IMG/VR virus record: IMGVR_UViG_3300027985_000213
Origin: a virus
Length of the DNA stretch: 38,344 nucleotides
Direction: 5' to 3' (one strand)
Made by a program: the position numbers and the translations under genes. Below the pieces are notes generated by a model. It ran no database searches, was not told the DNA's origin, and saw nothing but the letters and a program-made list of their open reading frames with translations. The first letter of the stretch is position 1; each line of letters opens with the position of its first letter. This document shows positions 33,221 through 38,344 of the stretch, piece after piece.

Positions 33221-33958
33221 CTACCCACTGTTTCCGGATAACCTTATCATGGTGTATCTTTGGTACTCTCTTCCGGTAAATGGATCCACGCCGTTATATA
33301 TCGTGTCTTGGTCGATGTAATAGCCCTTTTTCGGTCTTGGATCCGCTGCCCACCTTGTAGCCTTTTTAATAATTACTGTTTTCGGCGGTGGCATTATTAA
33401 ATTTCTACTGCAGCTATACCGTTGCATGTGTCCGCCGTCTTTTTCTTTGTATGAGTTCGACGTTTCTTTGATTAGATACGCCGCTAGATCTTTGTACTGT
33501 CCTGTTTCGTCTAAATACTTAAAATCCGGTCTACCGAATTTCCACAACCTTCTAACAATTTTCGATACGTCCGCACCCTCTATATGATTTATTAGTAGGT
33601 GGTGGTGGATTGCTTTATTTTTGTACTCTGTCACGTTGATATACTTTAGATCCTCACCTAGCTTTTTGTATTCGTTCCTAAGACTATCAATTAATTTTTT
33701 GATGTTCTTTTTTGCGTCTGCCGGTGTCGGTCTTTCGTCCCTTCTGTATGTCAATGTGATAAATGGATCATCTACCCCGAAATTGGCATTTATTTTTATC
33801 CTTAGATTTCTTTCAGCGTTTAACTGATTTATTTTTTCCATTTCTTCCGGTGTAGCCTTGTCCTTATTTCTTCTTGTCTTTATTCCTGTTCTTTTAGTGA
33901 AACTTTTGTGTACTTCGATCGTTGCTCCTGCCTCTATTGTTGTCTTGAAATAAGACAT
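33221..33958 (-). CDS. HUH-superfamily rolling-circle replication initiator (Rep)
   Basis: 245 aa from the ATG at 33958. Motif 1 is FITLTY, motif 2 is AIHHHLLIN (HUH) and motif 3 is AAYLIKETS (Y..K). The ORF-track TTG start at 34030 lacks an SD. Confidence 0.65.
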   Translation of the reverse strand: MSYFKTTIEAGATIEVHKSFTKRTGIKTRRNKDKATPEEMEKINQLNAERNLRIKINANFGVDDPFITLTYRRDERPTPADAKKNIKKLIDSLRNEYKKLGEDLKYINVTEYKNKAIHHHLLINHIEGADVSKIVRRLWKFGRPDFKYLDETGQYKDLAAYLIKETSNSYKEKDGGHMQRYSCSRNLIMPPPKTVIIKKATRWAADPRPKKGYYIDQDTIYNGVDPFTGREYQRYTMIRLSGNSG

Positions 33959-34028
33959 ATGAAAATTACACCCCCTGCGTCTGCTTTTAGTGTCCTTAAT
34001 GCTAAAGTTAATAGTTTGAACAAGTCCC

Positions 34029-34064
34029 AAACGGCTTAAAACCGCCGTTTTTACTTGACGGCAA
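34029..34064 (-). promoter_or_regulatory. Mutually exclusive hairpins in the rep leader (attenuator-like)
   Basis: On the minus-strand RNA, UUGCCGU (34064-34058) or GCCGUUU (34035-34029) can each pair with the central AAACGGCGG (34050-34042). Only the upstream pairing is followed by a UUUU run. Confidence 0.35.
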
Positions 34065-34083
34065 ACGCAATAAATGATATAAT
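34055..34083 (+). promoter_or_regulatory. Near-consensus sigma-70 promoter facing away from rep
   Basis: TTGACG (34055-34060), a 17-nt spacer, then TATAAT (34078-34083), with TG at 34075-34076 giving an extended -10 (TGaTATAAT). Confidence 0.65.
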
Positions 34084-34089
34084 TTTCAT

Positions 34090-34166
34090 AGATTGAATTA
34101 TTGCATTTGCACTAAATTGTAGTCGGTATGTTTGCAGCGTACCGGCTATTTTCTTTGTCTTTTTTT
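34090..34166 (+). ncRNA. Candidate counter-transcribed small RNA (about 60-75 nt) antisense to the rep leader
   Basis: Lies downstream of the 34055-34083 promoter. Ends in a hairpin at 34120-34148 (11-bp stem with two G:U pairs that would be C/A mismatches on the other strand, 7-nt loop), followed by TTTTCTTTGTCTTTTTTT. No credible ORF or SD. Confidence 0.5.
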
Positions 34167-34214
34167 ATTATGAAATTCGCTCACTATCCCACCTTCTGCA
34201 GCTTCTAGTTAAAA

Positions 34215-34254
34215 GCCTTTGCGAATGCGCTTAATAAACGTCATACGCAAAGGC
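34215..34254 (-). terminator. Rho-independent terminator after the small early ORFs, upstream of the rep leader
   Basis: Minus strand GCCUUUGCGUAUG-N14-CAUUCGCAAAGGC forms a 13-bp stem (one mismatch) followed by UUUUAA. It contains the stop codon of the 52-aa ORF. Confidence 0.5.
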
Positions 34255-34399
34255 TGTAGTAACTTGTTATGTGCTTGTCCAGTATTTCCGATTGATGTTG
34301 TATCGCTTCTTTTGAAGCCTCTTGATCTATGAGCCTGTGTAATTCTGCACGCTCACGCTCTATATCTGTTTTTATGTCCTCTGCTGCTTTGATCTGCAT
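34241..34399 (-). CDS. Small early ORF (52 aa)
   Basis: Own translation: MQIKAAEDIKTDIERERAELHRLIDQEASKEAIQHQSEILDKHITSYYSLCV. The GGAGG is distant from the start. Too short for the ORF track. Confidence 0.35.
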   Translation of the reverse strand: MQIKAAEDIKTDIERERAELHRLIDQEASKEAIQHQSEILDKHITSYYSLCV

Positions 34400-34402
34400 T
34401 GG

Positions 34403-34600
34403 TTATCTCGTTCCTCCCTCTGTTGCTGTTTTGAGAGGCGATACCATGCAACTAATATCGAGCGGCGGCAAGTTCTTGAAGGCTTTTTCAAATTCTTCCA
34501 TTGTATTAATGCCATATCTTTTCTTTAAAACCTGCCATTGTTTCTCGATCATTCGTTTTGTCTGCTCTTCTGTTCGGTTAGTCCTTCTCAACGCTCTCAC
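34403..34600 (-). CDS. Small early ORF (about 62-65 aa), basic
   Basis: ORF-track entry. GTG/TTG start region after AGAAGG. Colinear with the neighbouring small ORFs. Confidence 0.45.
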   Translation of the reverse strand: MRALRRTNRTEEQTKRMIEKQWQVLKKRYGINTMEEFEKAFKNLPPLDISCMVSPLKTATEGGTR

Positions 34601-34609
34601 CTTCTTTCT

Positions 34610-34771
34610 TTAAGCCGGCTGTTTTTCCGCTAATACATCTCTTAGCTTCATTCCTTGCATGATGTAACTAATAGCCTTCTGCTCGTCCGGTGTTAGGGTT
34701 TTTAGGAATTCTACTATTTTGTCAACTTCCGGTTTATCTTCTTTTTTAAAAATTGTGTCTGCCATTGTCAT
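34610..34771 (-). CDS. Small early ORF (53 aa)
   Basis: Own translation: MTMADTIFKKEDKPEVDKIVEFLKTLTPDEQKAISYIMQGMKLRDVLAEKQPA. SD is AGAGAGG. Confidence 0.45.
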   Translation of the reverse strand: MTMADTIFKKEDKPEVDKIVEFLKTLTPDEQKAISYIMQGMKLRDVLAEKQPA

Positions 34772-34890
34772 TACCTCTCTTTCTTAAACTAATGTTAACG
34801 CCTGCTATCCTCTGCCTTCTTCCTGCGGACTTGGAACCGCCATAGGTGGCATTATAGCCGGCAGCATTCGCCGCCGTTTGTGTGTCTGTG

Positions 34891-34919
34891 TTGCCTCTAA
34901 AATTCCATTGCCTTATAAT
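34891..34919 (+). promoter_or_regulatory. Sigma-70 promoter for the small plus-strand ORF
   Basis: TTGCCT (34891-34896), a 17-nt spacer, then TATAAT (34914-34919). Confidence 0.55.
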
Positions 34920-34973
34920 GGTGTTACCGGCTCCGCTAAAGCCGGAATACATTATAGAAAGGCGGTGAACGGC

Positions 34974-35159
34974 ATGTACAAAACCGTTTCGGGTTATTGC
35001 CCTGTAGAAAATTCCGATAAAACAATCGGTATTACCTATAGCGAATTACCTAAAACCGGCACTCTTCAAAAGGCTTATAAGGTAATCCGGCACGATTGCG
35101 ATAATAAAGAGTGTCCTGTAAAATACTGTCCAATCGTTAAGGCTAACAATTCTATTTAG
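34974..35159 (+). CDS. Small Cys-rich protein (61 aa) in lysogeny orientation
   Basis: ATG at 34974, 8 nt after AAAGGCGG. Sequence: MYKTVSGYCPVENSDKTIGITYSELPKTGTLQKAYKVIRHDCDNKECPVKYCPIVKANNSI. The longer ORF-track start (34878) lies upstream of the promoter. Confidence 0.55.
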   Translation: MYKTVSGYCPVENSDKTIGITYSELPKTGTLQKAYKVIRHDCDNKECPVKYCPIVKANNSI

Positions 35160-35174
35160 CTTCACTAATGGCAT

Positions 35175-35465
35175 CTATCTATTAGGTGCCATTTCTCCGT
35201 TCATTTTGATCGGGTAGTCGTTAGCCTCGTGCATTTCTGTCATTTTCTCAATCACTGCCGTTTCGCTGCTCAATGAGATTTCAAATACATTTCTCGTTTC
35301 ATCTAAAAAAGTTGTAATATATTTCATGTCCTCTTTTAGAAAAACTCTTGCGCCCTTTTCACAAATCATAAATGACGCATGCGCTATTTTGTGGATCAAT
35401 TCCGGTAGTTCTTTATAGATTAGTACCTGTAGTTCTTGAAATTCTTTTTCTTTTTCTTCTCCCAT
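35175..35465 (-). CDS. First gene of the leftward early operon, unknown function (no HTH recognised)
   Basis: 96-aa ORF with SD GAAAGGAG. It is divergent from the repressor gene. Confidence 0.55.
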   Translation of the reverse strand: MGEEKEKEFQELQVLIYKELPELIHKIAHASFMICEKGARVFLKEDMKYITTFLDETRNVFEISLSSETAVIEKMTEMHEANDYPIKMNGEMAPNR

Positions 35466-35513
35466 TTTTCTACTCCTTTCATTGTTATTTCGTGTCGTTT
35501 TGTTTACCTCTTT

Positions 35514-35550
35514 GTGATATTATAGTAGCACGTAGTGATATTTATGTCAA
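35514..35550 (-). promoter_or_regulatory. Candidate early-lytic promoter with two GTGATATT repeats (operator candidates)
   Basis: Minus strand TTGACA (35550-35545), a 17-nt spacer, then TACTAT (35527-35522). GTGATATT occurs at 35514-35521 and 35535-35542, 21 bp apart. Confidence 0.45.
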
Positions 35551-35569
35551 TGGTTTTTTAATATTTTTA

Positions 35570-35598
35570 TTGCATTGTGGTATTTTGTGTGTTATATT
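35570..35598 (+). promoter_or_regulatory. Candidate repressor promoter
   Basis: TTGCAT (35570-35575), a 17-nt spacer, then TATATT (35593-35598), about 30 nt upstream of the repressor ATG. Confidence 0.5.
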
Positions 35599-35628
35599 TG
35601 GTTTATCAAATAGAAAGGAGGCTTTAAC

Positions 35629-36120
35629 ATGACTGTTGGCGAACGGGTCAGAGAGATTAGAAAAGAGTTGAACTTAAATCAAACAGACTTCGGCAATAAG
35701 ATAGGTTTAAAACAAACCGCTATCGGAATGTATGAAAACAATCAGCGCTCCGTTTCTGATCGTAGTATTACCGATATTTGTAGAGAGTTTTTAGTCAACG
35801 AGGAATGGTTGAGAAACGGAACCGGCAATATGTTTGTAGAGCCGGCTACATTTTCATTAGATGATTACGCAAAGTCTAACCATCTAAATGATATGGAAGT
35901 AAATTTAGTTCGTGGGTTTATGGAATTGGATCCGAATACTAGAAATGCGTTGTATGATTTATTTAGAAAGGCTTTTGCTACTGAACATGACGAAATAGCC
36001 GCCACAAGCGAGGAGGATAGCATAGAAAAGGAGTTGAATAGCTACCGCCTCGAACTTGAAGCGGAGAAAAAGGGGATAATATTACCAGTTACACAAAAGC
36101 CAAAAGAAGGCTTAGGCTAA
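35629..36120 (+). CDS. XRE-family HTH repressor (CI-like, no S24 peptidase domain)
   Basis: ERVREIRKELNLNQTDFGNKIGLKQTAIGMYENNQR is a classic HTH_3 motif. SD is AAAGGAGG. The C-terminal half is helical and unassigned. Confidence 0.85.
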   Translation: MTVGERVREIRKELNLNQTDFGNKIGLKQTAIGMYENNQRSVSDRSITDICREFLVNEEWLRNGTGNMFVEPATFSLDDYAKSNHLNDMEVNLVRGFMELDPNTRNALYDLFRKAFATEHDEIAATSEEDSIEKELNSYRLELEAEKKGIILPVTQKPKEGLG

Positions 36121-36144
36121 ATAAATAGCTTTCTTTTATTAACG

Positions 36145-36170
36145 CCTCATGAAGCCATGAGGTTTTAATT
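36145..36170 (+). terminator. Rho-independent terminator after the repressor gene
   Basis: CCTCATG-AAGC-CATGAGG followed by TTTTAATTTT. Confidence 0.65.
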
Positions 36171-36192
36171 TTATCCAAAAGGAGGTTTTGAC

Positions 36193-38115
36193 TTGAAAAA
36201 GTGCGCTTTGTACGTGCGTGTAAGTACCGCACATCAAATAGATAAGGACTCGTTGCCCTTTCAGCGTCAAGAACTTATAAACTATTCTAAGTATGTTCTA
36301 GGCATTGATGATTATGAAATATTTGAAGATGCAGGCTATTCCGCTAAAAATACGGATCGCCCTAAATATCAAGAAATGATGTCTCGAATTAGAAATAAAG
36401 AGTTTACCCATATGCTCGTATGGAAGATAGATAGGATCTCTCGTAATTTGAAAGACTTTACAGAAATGTATGAGGAGATAAAGCAATACAATATAACTTT
36501 CATATCTAAAAATGAGCAATTCGATACCTCTTCCGCAATGGGAGAAGCTATGTTAAAGATTATTCTTGTATTTGCAGAGCTGGAGCGCAAATTGACCGGA
36601 GAGCGTGTATTTTCTATTATGCTTTCAAGAGCCGAAAAAGGCTTATGGAATGGTACTACTGTTCCGCTTGGTTATGTATGGTCTAAAGAGATTAAATTTC
36701 CTGTTATAGATCCGGAAGAAGCCAAAATAGTACAATATATTTACGATCTATACGAGAAAGCCGCTTCAACCTCTAAAGTTGCTTTTCAGTTAAACGGAGA
36801 GCAGGTTAAAACCAAGCGTGGCGGCAAGTGGACGGCTAAAACCGTTAATGATATTTTGCATAATCCTTTTTACATTGGTACTTATCGCTATAATTATAAA
36901 ACCGGCGGCACTAGGCGACTAAAGGACGAAAAAGAGTGGGTAGTAGTTGAGGATAACCACCCTCCTATTATTTCAAAAGAGCAATACGAGCAAGTTAACG
37001 AAATGCTAGCAGCTAATTATAAAGGTGTTGGAGATTTTCAAAGAGAGAATACAAATACTCATATATTTTCTAAACTTGTTTATTGCGGTAAATGCGGATC
37101 TTTGCTTAATGCCGGTCTTGACTCTCCTCGCAAGGACGGTTACCGCCCTTCTCGCTATACTTGCTACTCTACTTTGCAATATCATAGCTTCGATAAAGAT
37201 AGGTGTAATAACTTTGTGAGCGATATTACCTTACTTCCCTTTATAGTAAACTATATTGTTAACGTATTTAGGTTAAGAGATAAGATCACTCAAAATCACT
37301 CATTGAGAGATATTGAACGCATTTTAATTCGTGGTAGAGCCTTTGTAGATGTGATAGGGATAGATAAAAAAGGCTTAGAAGAAACTTATGTAGCTTTTGC
37401 CGTCGGCTTTCAATCTAAATCATATGAATTTAGTGAGGAAGAAGGCGGCGGAAGTTTGGAGTTAGAGAATTTAAAGAAAGAGAAGCAGAAATATGAAAAG
37501 GCGTTAACTCGCCTTGAAGATTTGTATTTATATTCCGATGAAGCTATGAGCGAAAAGGACTTTTTATTTAAAAAGCGTGATATTGTCGCTAATATAGAGC
37601 GTGTTAATAATAGCTTGTCTGCCCTTCATAAGAGCATGGCTGATATGAGGTTAACTACAGATACTTCATTCTTGAATAAAGCAAGTTATTTCATTCTCGT
37701 TAATGAACTCACTAACAAGCGTGATATTGATTTTAGAGAACTTTTAGACGTAGTTGATGTTGAAGTAATACAAGGCATCATACAGGGTGTTATAGATAAG
37801 ATTGTCGTTACTGATAAAAAGATACAGTCTATCACCTTAAAGAATGGTATTACTCATAATTTTATGTATAAACCGATTGAGCAACGCAAAATAAGGACTA
37901 AAGAGAAGTTTTTATATAAATCGTTTGAACCCGACTTAATGGCATATTTAAAAGAACATGGATCTGTAAATAGAGTTGAAGTTGAACAATTAACAGGCAT
38001 GAGCCGCACTGGCGCTTTGTCTATTATTAATGAATTTGTTGAACGAGGTATTTTAGAGAAAAAAGGCTTGTCTATTGCAATTAGATACTTTTTAGTAGAT
38101 AAAAACCCCACCTAA
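36193..38115 (+). CDS. Large serine recombinase (integrase/resolvase family)
   Basis: 640 aa with the resolvase catalytic domain (ALYVRVSTAHQ, VWKIDRISRN), a recombinase domain, the zinc ribbon YCGKCG....YTCYS and a coiled coil. TTG start 7 nt after AAAGGAGG. Confidence 0.9.
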   Translation: MKKCALYVRVSTAHQIDKDSLPFQRQELINYSKYVLGIDDYEIFEDAGYSAKNTDRPKYQEMMSRIRNKEFTHMLVWKIDRISRNLKDFTEMYEEIKQYNITFISKNEQFDTSSAMGEAMLKIILVFAELERKLTGERVFSIMLSRAEKGLWNGTTVPLGYVWSKEIKFPVIDPEEAKIVQYIYDLYEKAASTSKVAFQLNGEQVKTKRGGKWTAKTVNDILHNPFYIGTYRYNYKTGGTRRLKDEKEWVVVEDNHPPIISKEQYEQVNEMLAANYKGVGDFQRENTNTHIFSKLVYCGKCGSLLNAGLDSPRKDGYRPSRYTCYSTLQYHSFDKDRCNNFVSDITLLPFIVNYIVNVFRLRDKITQNHSLRDIERILIRGRAFVDVIGIDKKGLEETYVAFAVGFQSKSYEFSEEEGGGSLELENLKKEKQKYEKALTRLEDLYLYSDEAMSEKDFLFKKRDIVANIERVNNSLSALHKSMADMRLTTDTSFLNKASYFILVNELTNKRDIDFRELLDVVDVEVIQGIIQGVIDKIVVTDKKIQSITLKNGITHNFMYKPIEQRKIRTKEKFLYKSFEPDLMAYLKEHGSVNRVEVEQLTGMSRTGALSIINEFVERGILEKKGLSIAIRYFLVDKNPT

Positions 38116-38136
38116 CCTATGTTAAGTGGGGTTTTT
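38101..38136 (+). terminator. Terminator hairpin at the end of the recombinase gene
   Basis: AAAAACCCCAC-N14-GTGGGGTTTTT. The stop codon lies in the loop. The A/T tracts on both sides make it potentially bidirectional. Confidence 0.6.
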
Positions 38137-38199
38137 GCCATCTGTTCAAAGCCTTTGTTTTCAAGGCGTATACGCAATCATATTTACTTTAACTTTCGG

Positions 38200-38340
38200 T
38201 CAACCGAGAGTGAATAGAGATACGATTTTTTTACGCCCATATCTCTTGTAAAATTCCTCGTTACTTAGGCTTAGATCTACTTTTTCATTTATATTATTAT
38301 CCATATTGGCATCTATCCTCTCATTACTATAAATTTTCAT
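38200..38340 (-). CDS. Possible 46-aa ORF spanning the junction between the window ends
   Basis: Own translation: MKIYSNERIDANMDNNINEKVDLSLSNEEFYKRYGRKKIVSLFTLG. There is no convincing SD. It is complete only in the right-hand repeat copy. Confidence 0.2.
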   Translation of the reverse strand: MKIYSNERIDANMDNNINEKVDLSLSNEEFYKRYGRKKIVSLFTLG

Positions 38341-38344
38341 CGTT
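38201..38344. repeat. Direct terminal repeat, right copy (identical to 1-144)
   Basis: Exact 144-nt identity with the start of the window. Confidence 0.95.

Noticed and set aside
34128-34208. A 26-aa hydrophobic peptide (MFAAYRLFSLSFFIMKFAHYPTFCSF) downstream of the strong plus-strand promoter, as a possible type I toxin.
   Set aside because: It has no SD, its ATG is buried in the terminator stem, and the T-rich terminator tail lies inside the ORF. The transcript would therefore normally end before the stop codon.
34746-34952. The 68-aa minus-strand ORF, and the N-terminal extension (34878-34973) of the plus-strand ORF.
   Set aside because: Both overlap the TTGCCT-17-TATAAT promoter and its 5' UTR hairpin. 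Neither has an SD, and the internal ATG at 34974 does.
1-38344. CRISPR arrays, tRNA/tmRNA/rRNA genes, transposases or IS elements, toxin-antitoxin pairs, and known defence systems (other than the possibilities listed under findings).
   Set aside because: Reading both strands found no regularly spaced repeats, no cloverleaf-like segments in the few intergenic gaps, and no transposase, DDE or TA-like ORFs.

Overview
The window holds one complete temperate phage genome assembled as a circle. Nt 1-144 are identical to nt 38201-38344, so the unique length is 38,200 bp and there is no host flank. The sequence is AT-rich. Strong AGGAGG-type ribosome binding sites, several TTG/GTG starts and a PBSX/Xkd-like tail gene order point to a Firmicutes-type host. 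The plus strand carries only the lysogeny block: a small Cys-rich ORF with its own promoter, an XRE-type repressor and a 640-aa large serine recombinase. The minus strand carries everything else in this order. Early and replication genes: small early ORFs, HUH rolling-circle Rep, RNase H-like protein, Dcm methyltransferase, radical-SAM protein, HNH/Ref-like protein, SSB, ParA, ParB and about ten small ORFs. Late regulation and packaging: sigma-like late regulator, HNH, TerS and TerL. Head: portal, ClpP-type protease, HK97-type capsid and connector proteins. Tail: sheath, tube, chaperone, tape measure, LysM protein, baseplate and fibre-region proteins. After the fibre region come a complete diversity-generating retroelement (DGR) and the lysis cassette (XhlA, holin, amidase, second holin-like protein, SPOR-like protein). 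The DGR is the main finding. A 117-nt template repeat (3842-3958) and variable repeat (4466-4582) differ at 14 positions, 13 of them at template adenines in codon positions 1-2 of AAY/TAY codons. They are flanked by an Avd-like gene and an RT with the PIGNLTSQ and YMDD motifs. DGRs are a known class, and whether this instance is new cannot be judged without database searches. Secondary observations: (1) a plasmid-like maintenance and replication set (HUH Rep, ParA/ParB) coexists with a serine recombinase; (2) a candidate counter-transcribed small RNA, with a near-consensus promoter and its own terminator, lies in the rep leader next to mutually exclusive hairpins; (3) a radical-SAM/Dcm pair sits beside an RNase HI-like protein lacking two catalytic residues; (4) a sequence-conserved hairpin occurs in two unrelated intergenic gaps; (5) a promoter-proximal terminator and TTTAGGG repeats precede the packaging genes. 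No rRNA, tRNA, CRISPR array or transposase was seen.
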